Virus record (IMG/VR): IMGVR_UViG_3300047564_001181
Coordinates: 1 to 64,000 of that record
Strand: one strand, 5' to 3'
From: a virus
DNA length: 64,000 bases
The notes beneath the pieces are model-generated. The model saw only the letters and a program-made list of their open reading frames with translations. It was not told where the DNA came from and ran no database searches. Positions 10,243 to 19,160 of the stretch are shown piece after piece. The position numbers were made by a program, and so were the translations under genes. Numbering within the stretch: the stretch's first letter is position 1; each line of letters begins with the position of its first letter.

Positions 10243-10455
10243 ATGTATCCAATTACTGAATTGCTAAAAGGTGGCTCAATGTACACTATCAAAAGTGGAG
10301 TGTTCATTGAAGACATTGACCGAGTAGAATTTGACGCTTGGGGTAAGTTGCGAATTCGTGGCTATCACACCGAATGGTATGGAATACTTAGCCATTCACC
10401 AAAGCGTGAGCGTTGGACTATTCTTGACCCTAACGACATTGACCTAAGTGCATAA
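10243..10455 (+). CDS. Hypothetical protein
   Basis: ORF track; start MYPIT after GAGGA. Confidence 0.55.
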   Translation: MYPITELLKGGSMYTIKSGVFIEDIDRVEFDAWGKLRIRGYHTEWYGILSHSPKRERWTILDPNDIDLSA

Positions 10456-10468
10456 GGAGAAATAAAAA

Positions 10469-10645
10469 ATGATGACACGCAAAGACTATGTAGCAACTGC
10501 AGAAATTCTAAATGGAAATAGAATTTTTATTCACCCTGCAACATTCGCAGAATTAGTAAATGAATTTGGAAATTATTTTGAAAATGATAATCCACGATTT
10601 GATTTTGCAAGATTTGAAAATGCTTGCAACGGAAAGGAAAAATAA
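10469..10645 (+). CDS. Small protein, MTRKDY...DNPxFD..RF..AC family, copy 2
   Basis: AAGGAG RBS; paralogue of 8393..8557. Confidence 0.7.
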   Translation: MMTRKDYVATAEILNGNRIFIHPATFAELVNEFGNYFENDNPRFDFARFENACNGKEK

Positions 10646-10968
10646 AATGGATTTATTAGCATTAGCAATAATTATGGCAATTGCAATTCCGTTTTTTATT
10701 CACTTGGAAAAATAATAAAATGGAAATTGTAATTTTATTTTTTGTTTTACTTTTTATTTTTGCAATTGGAACTAATTCAAAATAAAAAAGTGTATCGCAA
10801 CACGAGCAGCTGCGAGGGCGGGGGACCCCCGCAAGCCCTGGATGTCAAGCCGACACTCCGATAAATTTTGTGAGATTAATCACAAAAGTCGTGTCCGAAT
10901 TGGTAGGATTCTGAGTTGTGGATGTCAGTGGCTTATGGTATCTTTAGACCCTAACGAAAGGGGTCTTA

Positions 10969-11505
10969 ATGACTAACTACTTTGAAAAATACTTAGCAAT
11001 TGCTAAGAGTGCAACACTATCTCAGGTTGAACAAGCAACGCAATGGTATGCAGACGCAGAATTATTAGCGAATGATGTAATGCGAATTCTAAACTCTCGT
11101 GGCGTTGAATGTAATCTTGAACAAGCCTCGTCAATTGTATCCTCATTCTCACCTCGTAATCGTTGGTCACGCAATGTAGTGCAAGCATTAGAATTTGCGA
11201 ATGGTGGATTGCCTAATGGATTGCAAAATAATTTGCGAATGGCACAATACTCACTCGTGCAAGGTTTCAGTGCGTTGCGTGGAATGAAAACTAATGCATT
11301 CGCTCGTGCAATTGCAGGTGATGATAGTGCAGTTACAATTGATGTGTGGATGATAAAATCTGCTGAACTAAATAAAAATTCTGTAAATAAAACTGAATAC
11401 GCAGAATTAGTTAGTGCAGTTAATTTAGTTGCGGATGAATTAAAATTAACTCCACGAGTAACGCAAGCGTTAATCTGGATTGTGTTTAGAGGTAGTGCAT
11501 ACTAA
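10969..11505 (+). CDS. DNA-glycosylase-like (HhH-GPD-related) phage protein
   Basis: WY...SP..RW..N, K..AF...VTIDVWM and QALIW motifs. Confidence 0.5.
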   Translation: MTNYFEKYLAIAKSATLSQVEQATQWYADAELLANDVMRILNSRGVECNLEQASSIVSSFSPRNRWSRNVVQALEFANGGLPNGLQNNLRMAQYSLVQGFSALRGMKTNAFARAIAGDDSAVTIDVWMIKSAELNKNSVNKTEYAELVSAVNLVADELKLTPRVTQALIWIVFRGSAY

Positions 11506-12055
11506 TGGAAATTTTATTTTTACTAATTGCATTATTATTTTTAATTGCAAAATTAACAAACACAAAATAAAAAAGCTAGGGCGACACGCCCAAGCGGGGG
11601 GACCCCCGTATCGGGTCCCCCGCCCCTTTTGTACTAATTTACGAGAGGCTAATTTTATTCACTGGAATTTTACGATAGGCAAACAAAAAGGCTGGAACTT
11701 GTCCAGCCTTTAAGATTTCTGTCTCACTATTTGGGATTTGTCAACAAAGCGATAATGAAACAAAATAATAACAAAATGATAACAATTTCCAAACTATCCC
11801 TTTCGCCCTATTTTTATTAGTAGCCAATTTTACCAAAAAGTAACCAAATTGTCAAGGGTGTCCAAATAGTGAGATTATTCTAAATTATCTTGACAAGCAT
11901 AGGCTCTATGGTGTAAGGTAGCCCTATGAAACCAATACTCTCACCCAAAGCAACGCCTGAGCAATTACAGGCACGACTTGAACTACGCCGTTCAGGTGCG
12001 TCAGGCTTGCATAAAAATAAGAAAGCATACTCCCGAAAGGAAAAGCACAAGAATA

Positions 12056-12241
12056 ATGAATACTAAGTCATACTTTCTATCAGAGTTAGATTACTCAACC
12101 ATAGTTTCTGCACTTGCAAAACTTGCAGACTTTCACTTTGAAAAGTCAAAGACTTTGAAGCGTGAACAAGATGTTCAATTTCACTATGAACAATTTCAAA
12201 AAGTAATGGAAGTAAAGTTCAACCTACGGGAGCAAAAATGA
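12056..12241 (+). CDS. Hypothetical protein
   Basis: ORF track; likely start MNTKSY. Confidence 0.55.
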   Translation: MNTKSYFLSELDYSTIVSALAKLADFHFEKSKTLKREQDVQFHYEQFQKVMEVKFNLREQK

Positions 12242-12579
12242 CATATGCACTAAAAGTAACTACAAGTGGTGAGCGTATCGGTATCAACTATGACGCTGAC
12301 GAATCCTATGAAACTATCTCACAAGCAGTTGGTGGTTGGATTGAATGTGTTCGCCTTACACCTACGCTTGATATGTGGGTAAATGAGGAAGGCAAGTTAG
12401 ACGGGTTAGACTACAACCCTGACGCTACTGCTATCTTTTGGTCACACTTTGGCTTGATGTCAGATGTGATTGTCGGTGATGTTATTTTTACTTCACACGA
12501 TGATGAGGGAAATACAACCTCTCTTGAAAATGAACAAATGGAATATTTACAAAAACACATAGGAGCATTCAGTGAATGA
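12238..12579 (+). CDS. DUF3846-like protein
   Basis: VGGWIE...MWVNEEGKL..L..N..AT...IVGDV pattern. Confidence 0.75.
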   Translation: MTYALKVTTSGERIGINYDADESYETISQAVGGWIECVRLTPTLDMWVNEEGKLDGLDYNPDATAIFWSHFGLMSDVIVGDVIFTSHDDEGNTTSLENEQMEYLQKHIGAFSE

Positions 12580-12781
12580 TTTTTGGAGACAATACTATTC
12601 AAGTCTTGAAGGTGCAACAATTACCAAATTCGCAGGTATGAACGATGCGGAAATGGGAGACGGATTCCCAGCCTTTATGGTGCGTTTCGCAAATGGTGAT
12701 GAAGGTATCATTGAGATTTCTCGTGACCCTGAAGGTAATGGTGGCGGATTTATTTTCGGATTAAATATGCCGCAGCAATAA
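12572..12781 (+). CDS. Hypothetical protein
   Basis: Contains the SRDPEGNGGGF motif seen in small phage proteins. Confidence 0.6.
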   Translation: MNDFWRQYYSSLEGATITKFAGMNDAEMGDGFPAFMVRFANGDEGIIEISRDPEGNGGGFIFGLNMPQQ

Positions 12782-12997
12782 TTTTTTAAATTATTTTTTA
12801 AATTTAATTTAAATTATTTCTAAATTTTATTTAGAAAGCTGGGGGTCCCCCGCCCGCTTTGTGATTTTAATCACAAAAATATTTCTACCAAGTAGTAACT
12901 AAACCCCATAAAATTGGGACAAAATAGGACATTCTCAAAAGGTGATGTCAGACCCCCCTGCTAGTATTGGGCTATGCCCAAACGAAAGGAAATGCAA

Positions 12998-13132
12998 ATG
13001 ATTATTTGCTCAAAATGTGATGAAGTTCTTTACACCGACACTATGCCCGAAGGCTTTGACGAAAATGTATTTGTAATGTGTGCCTCTTGTGCATACGATT
13101 ACACAATGTCAGACCCTAATGGTATTCTCTAA
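12998..13132 (+). CDS. Zn-ribbon-like microprotein
   Basis: CSKC...CASC; in-frame leaderless ATG at 12974 also possible. Confidence 0.6.
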   Translation: MIICSKCDEVLYTDTMPEGFDENVFVMCASCAYDYTMSDPNGIL

Positions 13133-13154
13133 CCACTAACCCGAAAGGAAAAAA

Positions 13155-13379
13155 ATGTTCTCACTCCCCGTTGATGTAGCAACCCCTTGCTCAACTATTC
13201 CACTTGCCGAAGCCGACAAGTTATTTTTTAGCGAAAGCCCAAAGCGTATCGCTGTTGCAAAAAATCTCTGTGCCTCTTGCCCTATCACCTCAAAATGTTT
13301 GCAGTTCGCACTTGATGAGGAAATTGAGTTTGGCATTTTTGGTGGCACAACTCCACAAGAAAGAAAGGTAATGCTCTAA
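13155..13379 (+). CDS. whiB: WhiB-family transcription factor
   Basis: C...CxxC-x5-C and GIFGG turn; driven by promoter copy 12. Confidence 0.9.
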   Translation: MFSLPVDVATPCSTIPLAEADKLFFSESPKRIAVAKNLCASCPITSKCLQFALDEEIEFGIFGGTTPQERKVML

Positions 13380-13500
13380 TGGAATACCAAGTTACAAAAG
13401 TAGTCACCTATTGGGTGCAAGCAGAAAGCCGAGACGAAGCATTAGCAAAAGTCAAAGCAGGAAAAGTAAAACCAAGCGAACAGTATTTGGAGGCTAACTG

Positions 13501-13701
13501 ATGTATCGCTCACAAGTTGATTTGATTTTGAATTTTGTAGACAACAGCACAATGTTGTTTGCTGATGTTCACCCTGATAACACTTACAAAGTTGTAGACG
13601 GGCTAATTACTTTTGAAAGTAATGACGGCGAACAAATCCATTACCTGCCAGCAGTAAATGTAAAAAACTTTTTTACTGTTGCAACCGAACCACACGATTA
13701 G
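13501..13701 (+). CDS. Hypothetical protein
   Basis: ORF track. Confidence 0.6.
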   Translation: MYRSQVDLILNFVDNSTMLFADVHPDNTYKVVDGLITFESNDGEQIHYLPAVNVKNFFTVATEPHD

Positions 13702-13711
13702 GAGAAACAGA

Positions 13712-13924
13712 ATGACTGAAGAATTAACAGCATACCGATACCACCGAGACGGACTAATTTTTTCTTGGCTTGGTGGTGCATACATAGAAATTTATTTTGA
13801 AGGTAATGCAATCCCCTATGATGTTTTGAATGTGTGGAACTATGAAAAAGATGAGCCAACAATTGAACGCTCTATGCGTGGGCTAGTTGATTTCATAGAT
13901 GCAGAAATGGAATTGGAAGAGTAG
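13712..13924 (+). CDS. Hypothetical acidic protein
   Basis: AGGAG RBS; start MTEEL. Confidence 0.6.
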   Translation: MTEELTAYRYHRDGLIFSWLGGAYIEIYFEGNAIPYDVLNVWNYEKDEPTIERSMRGLVDFIDAEMELEE

Positions 13925-14080
13925 CGACAAGGGCGGGGGACCCCGCCCCTGGACTGGCAGCTTTCACCCTTTACGACTATGCAAAAAAAATCACGGAAAT
14001 TCTTTTACGATACACTTGACAAATCGCTGAAAATCGTGTATGTTTGCCTAGTAAATCCAACCACTATCAAAGGAAATCAA

Positions 14081-14410
14081 ATGGGAAGTAATCTCTCAAA
14101 TGAAATGACAGACGGAACACTCGAAGACTTGGGTATTAGTTTGTCACTAGAAGACCAAATCACTATTCAACTACGCTCTAATCACTATCCACCCGTTCCT
14201 TATTCTATGGTGCAACCTTGCATTGACGCTATCTTGGCTTGCAACGAAGATGAGAGTAACCGACAAATTGAACTGCCTGAAGGTGTGCTATGGCGTAATC
14301 AAACTACTGCACCTGCATACGCTATCGTTGAAGGTCACCACCTTGACGCTTGGGTAGACTATGGTGATGTCTACGAATACGAAGACTATGATGTAAGTGA
14401 GGATTACTAA
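14081..14410 (+). CDS. Hypothetical phage protein
   Basis: AAAGGA RBS; start MGSNL; NHYPPVP...HHL motif. Confidence 0.65.
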   Translation: MGSNLSNEMTDGTLEDLGISLSLEDQITIQLRSNHYPPVPYSMVQPCIDAILACNEDESNRQIELPEGVLWRNQTTAPAYAIVEGHHLDAWVDYGDVYEYEDYDVSEDY

Positions 14411-14411
14411 A

Positions 14412-14618
14412 ATGGAAGATGAAGTAATCAACCGCTATGCTGTAAAGGTTATTGTTGAATACTACTATGATGTAGAGGCAAAGACTAAAGAAGAAGCAGA
14501 AGAAGAAGGTTGGAAGTATGAAGACTATCCTTATTCTGCCGAAGTCTATTCAATAGATGTAGACTTATTGGAAGAAGACATTTATGGAGAAGAGCCTGAA
14601 GATGAAGATGTGGACTAA
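14412..14618 (+). CDS. Very acidic protein with VEA..EEA motif
   Basis: ORF track; start MEDEV. Confidence 0.6.
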   Translation: MEDEVINRYAVKVIVEYYYDVEAKTKEEAEEEGWKYEDYPYSAEVYSIDVDLLEEDIYGEEPEDEDVD

Positions 14619-14838
14619 TGAGACTTGTCTCAACTGCCCTAATCTAATGAAAAATGAATGGTATGCATTCGCAGATGATGACATTCAGTTATGCCACGCT
14701 TGTTACAATAATGAAAATCTAAGGAAACATTCTTATGCCAAAATCTAAGACTGTGTATCGTTGTGCAAATGGACACACATCTACTAACTCAAAAGACGCT
14801 CTATTGCAATTCTTCTGCAAATCCTGTTTAGAAGAAAA

Positions 14839-15054
14839 ATGATGTATTATTCTTACATGAAGAAAGCATGGCACATTGACGGCTACACATTCAATGGGGA
14901 GATTTATTGCCGCTCCTGTGTAGCAGAAACACTTGAAGACCCCGACTTCAATGACCCTTACACTCTAGATGAACACCCACAGTTCAAACCAATCTTTGCA
15001 TCTGATAATGATGATGAACTGATGTGTGACTACTGCTTCGCAGAGTTGGACTAA
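14839..15054 (+). CDS. Zn-binding small protein
   Basis: CRSC...CDYC. Confidence 0.6.
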   Translation: MMYYSYMKKAWHIDGYTFNGEIYCRSCVAETLEDPDFNDPYTLDEHPQFKPIFASDNDDELMCDYCFAELD

Positions 15055-15190
15055 TCCAGCTCTGCGGGGGTCCCCCGCCTCCAAATATTTATAAAAAATA
15101 TTTGGATTTTTATCCGATTTCCTATTGACAATTTTCAGATTTTGGTGTATCTTTGCCCTGTAAATAAAACCCCACTACTAAGGAGAAAAA

Positions 15191-15685
15191 ATGGGATTAG
15201 ATATGTATCTCTATGCAGATAAGTATGTAAGCCGTAAGTCAAACACTCGCATTGAAGGAACTGACTATGACTACTACGACAATGAAGCATTTGCAACTAT
15301 TGTTTCGGCTCTCAATGCAGATAAGTTGATTGACAACGAATGGTCTGGTATGACTGTTTCTTTGCCTATCGGTTATTGGCGTAAGGCTAATGCTATCCAT
15401 TCTTGGATTGTTGATAATTGTGCAGACGGCGTTGATGAATGTCAGCGTATCTACATCTCTAAGGATAAGGCTGAGGAGTTAGTCTCTATCTGCAAAGAGG
15501 TTATCAAAAATAAGTCTAAGGCTACCGAACTCTTGTCTCCACGAGCAGGATTTTTCTTTGGTTCATTAGACATTGACGAATACTACATTCACGACCTCAA
15601 GCGTACTGTTGAAATCTTTGAGAAAGTTCTCAGGGCTTCCGAGCGTGGCGAGATTGAAAGTGTAGTCTACCAAGCAAGTTGGTAA
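15191..15685 (+). CDS. Conserved phage protein (MGLDMY...YWRKANAIH family)
   Basis: AAGGAG RBS; recognisable family motif, function unknown. Confidence 0.75.
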   Translation: MGLDMYLYADKYVSRKSNTRIEGTDYDYYDNEAFATIVSALNADKLIDNEWSGMTVSLPIGYWRKANAIHSWIVDNCADGVDECQRIYISKDKAEELVSICKEVIKNKSKATELLSPRAGFFFGSLDIDEYYIHDLKRTVEIFEKVLRASERGEIESVVYQASW

Positions 15686-15768
15686 AACTTGGTTGGGTGG
15701 GCTTGACAAAGCCCACCCACCTATGATACACTTCCCCCGTAATACAAACCCACTAACAAAGGAAAACT

Positions 15769-16203
15769 ATGGAAAACACATTCAACTTTGAACAAGCAAG
15801 TTATGTAGATTTGCTTGCAGAAGCACAACGCCTAAACGGATTAGTTGCAGACCTTCACGGAACTGCTACAACCGCCAGCAACAAACTTATGTATGTTGAA
15901 AAGGCATTTGCTAATCGTGACCGACAATACGCACTAGCAAAAGAAATTCTTACAACTCTCATTGAAGAAAATGAGATTGAAAATGAAGAAGCCGTAAAGC
16001 AACTCATTGAAATCTTTGACATTGAGATTCTAAAGTCTGTTGAGTTCACCTTGACTATTGAAGTCACAGGAACTATTGAACTTCCAATGGGTTCAGAACT
16101 AGATGAATACTCATTCACCCTTGAGAGTCTTTCTTACAATGGAGATGATGTAAGTATTGACCACGAAAGCATTAGCATTGACGATTGGAACTTTACTGAA
16201 TAA
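15769..16203 (+). CDS. Acidic hypothetical protein
   Basis: RBS and own promoter. Confidence 0.7.
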   Translation: MENTFNFEQASYVDLLAEAQRLNGLVADLHGTATTASNKLMYVEKAFANRDRQYALAKEILTTLIEENEIENEEAVKQLIEIFDIEILKSVEFTLTIEVTGTIELPMGSELDEYSFTLESLSYNGDDVSIDHESISIDDWNFTE

Positions 16204-16871
16204 TAGTGGGTGAGATGTGCTGGGCATCACTTAAAACTGCCCACTTAATAATTTGTCTCTGATAAGCACTTGGCTTAATTGCTAGGTTATTCCTGAGATA
16301 AGACTCCTGAGCAAGAGTTCTAAACTGCTCATTTACCCCCGCAAAACGGGGGACCCCAGCTGTGACGCATGTCACAGTATTTCTTTACGAACACCCTTGA
16401 CAAACCCTGTAATCTGTGATAGATTTTCCCTATGGAAAACAACAAATCACCCCTAGAAATTGTAATGGAATGGTATCCTGACGGAAACTTCACAGAAGAA
16501 GACCTTTGGGAAGCAATAGGCGAAAGTGACGGCTGGAAGCAAGATTACTACGCAGACGGAGACTTAGCAGAATGGCTCTAAAGTTTGACCCACTAGATGA
16601 CATTGAAGTATGCTCTAAGTGCTTTGATGATGAGGAATATGACTTTGGACTATGCATTGCTTGTGTAGAAGAAATGTTGGAGGACGAACTTGAATCTGTT
16701 CGATAATGTAATTGACGAAAAAGTCATTGAATCATTAGATAAAGAGACATTAGAACAACTCCTAAATATTTTGGAAAAAATCTAAAAATACCCTTGACTT
16801 TCTTGCCGAGATACGGTAAGATTACCTAGTAATCAAATTGGTTACTAAAACTACAAAAGAAAGAAGCAAAA

Positions 16872-17021
16872 ATGATTGAAATCGGTTCAAGTTTCACAAC
16901 TGCTAAATCAGGTGTTGTTGGAACTGTTCAAGAAGTAATCAAAAACGCAAATGGCTCTTTGCGTGTTCGCCTTGATGTCAATGGTGCAGACCGTTGGACT
17001 ACTGTAAAGGAAGGCAAGTAA
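16872..17021 (+). CDS. Small beta-barrel (SH3-like) protein, copy 1
   Basis: MIEIGSSFTTAKSGVVGTV...LDVNGADRWTT; tandem paralogue of the next gene. Confidence 0.65.
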   Translation: MIEIGSSFTTAKSGVVGTVQEVIKNANGSLRVRLDVNGADRWTTVKEGK

Positions 17022-17179
17022 TGTCTAAGCCTATGTACAAAGTCGGTGACACTTTCACCACGCTCAAGTCTAAAGTTACAGGAGTTATCAAAGAAATTAC
17101 TCCTGTGAACTCAAACACAGTTCGCATTCTGCTTGATGTAAACGGCAAAGACCGTTACACTACATACAAAGCAGACTAA
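17021..17179 (+). CDS. Small beta-barrel (SH3-like) protein, copy 2
   Basis: YKVGDTFTTLKSKVTGVI...LDVNGKDRYTT. Confidence 0.65.
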   Translation: MSKPMYKVGDTFTTLKSKVTGVIKEITPVNSNTVRILLDVNGKDRYTTYKAD

Positions 17180-17516
17180 TTTCCACAAAGGGTGGAAAAC
17201 CTAAATGATAGGGTAGTTACGGCTCGCAATGATACACGAGTAAGAATACCGTAGTCGGTATCGCCGTAACCGTTCTCGCATAACGCAAATTGCGAAACAC
17301 CTGAGCAAGTGTCAAAACTGCTCTCTTGCTAAAGCAATTCCCAGAGATAAGTGGGATATGCACACCTGAGTAAGTGTTAAAACTGCTCATTTTTTAATGA
17401 GCAGAGCTGGGGTCCCCCCGCTTGGATTCCCCAAAACTTTATGAGTTTTGGGCTTGACTTTTTGATTACGATAGTGTAGGTTTAGCCCTGTAAATAACCC
17501 ACGAAAGGAAATACAA

Positions 17517-17720
17517 ATGGCAAGATACGAAGTAGAAGTTATCGGACACTTCTCGTCTGTTGTAGAAGTAGAAGCAGATTCATACGAAGAAGCAGAAATG
17601 GTTGCAGTGCAAGACTTTGAGCAAGACTATTCTCCATACTCATCTAAAAATGGTTGGACAGATTCTTGGGGTCATACGGAAATAGAGATGTGCCGTAATC
17701 TTGATGAAGAAGAATACTAA
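17517..17720 (+). CDS. Acidic protein with VEADS.EEA motif
   Basis: RBS and promoter. Confidence 0.65.
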   Translation: MARYEVEVIGHFSSVVEVEADSYEEAEMVAVQDFEQDYSPYSSKNGWTDSWGHTEIEMCRNLDEEEY

Positions 17721-18042
17721 AATGCAACTTGCATACTTTGCTGGTGACGGCAACTACGGATTAGAAAATGGTAACTTTGTTCTCGTAGATGTATCTAAGT
17801 GGACAGAAGAAGATTGGGAGCGTATTGAAATGGCTTCTGATTATCAACGACCAATGATGGCTATGTCTATCTCCGCAGTTTATGAGGGATAAAGTGAAGA
17901 ATAGTCAAGACAGTTTCTACTGGTCAGAACTGGCAGAACTAACACACGAAACACAAGTAGGTATCTTTGGCTGGTGTTCTTGTGAAGACAACGAAGACAA
18001 CGATAATCCATTTGGTGATTGTCCTAAAGATGAAGGATAATA

Positions 18043-18276
18043 ATGTCTGATAACTTAGAGTTTCATTATGTAGTTTCATACCGAGAAGGCTACGGCTGGG
18101 GCATTGCAATAGATGTTGAACAGGCTGTAATGACTGACGGAACTATCTATGATTGGACACAAGGAAATGGTTGGACTTTCCCATTAGAAGGTGAACTATC
18201 CGACCTTGACTTACATCACTATCGTATGCTAAACTCCGCACTAAACCTACTAAATGAAGGAGCAATAAATGCCTAA
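18043..18276 (+). CDS. Hypothetical protein
   Basis: ORF track; AAGGA RBS. Confidence 0.6.
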   Translation: MSDNLEFHYVVSYREGYGWGIAIDVEQAVMTDGTIYDWTQGNGWTFPLEGELSDLDLHHYRMLNSALNLLNEGAINA

Positions 18277-19003
18277 CTGGGTATTCAATACAGTTGTTGT
18301 TTCAGGTGACAAACTTGAACTAGACAAACTACAAGCACAACTAAATCAGCCATTTGAAAAGCATTTCCCTGATAGCAACTTCAATCAGGAAACTAAAGAA
18401 TGGGAACACACACCTTCAACTCAGGTCTATTCTAATCCTGTATTTGCTTTCTGGAATGTTGTTCGTCCTACCGACCTTGAAGCCTACTATGGTGAAGAAA
18501 AGGAAAAGGTTGGACTAGATAACTTTATGGCAGATTTCAATAATGCTATTGCAACTGGAGAGTCTTGGTATTATTGGAACTTGCGTAACTGGGGAACAAA
18601 GTGGGATGTCTCTGTTACAGATGGAGAGAAGTATTCAGACACATCTCTTGAAGTAATGGATGATGAGACTATTCTGTATCGTTTCCATACTGCTTGGTCT
18701 CCTGTTCACGAAATCTTCAACATTCTTTCAGAACAGTATCCTAGTTTAGAGTTTGACTATGAATACGAAGAAGAACAAGGTTGGGGTGGAAGTGCATTAT
18801 GGGTAGATGGTTACTTAGTTGGTGAAGAACAATACGACATTCCAAACTCACACTATGACTATGAAAAACGAGACAGAGAATGTCATTGTTCAGAAGGTGA
18901 AGCCGTAGATTGGGCTTACTCAGACTGTCCTGTTGATACTGAAAAGTATGAATGGAACAGCGATAACCATAACTGGGTTGAGAAGCAAGGGGTGGAGGCT
19001 TAG
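18269..19003 (+). CDS. DUF1281/YubB-like (ferredoxin-like fold) protein
   Basis: MPNW..N, WY.W...NWGTKWD and F.TAWSP motifs. Confidence 0.75.
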   Translation: MPNWVFNTVVVSGDKLELDKLQAQLNQPFEKHFPDSNFNQETKEWEHTPSTQVYSNPVFAFWNVVRPTDLEAYYGEEKEKVGLDNFMADFNNAIATGESWYYWNLRNWGTKWDVSVTDGEKYSDTSLEVMDDETILYRFHTAWSPVHEIFNILSEQYPSLEFDYEYEEEQGWGGSALWVDGYLVGEEQYDIPNSHYDYEKRDRECHCSEGEAVDWAYSDCPVDTEKYEWNSDNHNWVEKQGVEA

Positions 19004-19160
19004 CCTCCCCCCCAAGCTCGGGGGTCCCCCGCCTTCCCCGATTTGTCAAGTGCCAAATCGGAAATGTCCGAAATAAATATTTATTTATTTAGACTTGACA
19101 AATGCCTATCTAATCGTGTATCCTTGCCTAGTAAATAAAAAACTAACTAAGGAGAAAAAA

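Larger units (their letters stand above)
5537..13128 (+). promoter_or_regulatory. Array of 12 PafBC/RecA-NDp-type promoters (TGTCAG-N10-TANNNT)
   Basis: Hexamer starts at 5537 (TGTGAG), 5731, 6816, 7529, 8038, 8694, 9008, 9277 (TGTCAT), 9760, 10923, 12946, 13107; each lies exactly 10 nt before a TANNNT and upstream of a small ORF, usually with an AAAGG RBS. Confidence 0.8.
7442..16376. promoter_or_regulatory. CRP-family boxes TGTGA-N6-TCACA
   Basis: Perfect at 7442, 8942, 10869, 12860, 16361; one mismatch at 9706; all intergenic, shortly after border elements. Confidence 0.75.

Noticed and set aside
16217-17389. Hammerhead ribozyme or preQ1 riboswitch
   Set aside because: No CUGANGA/GAAA three-stem core; loop consensus and 3'-UTR location do not fit preQ1
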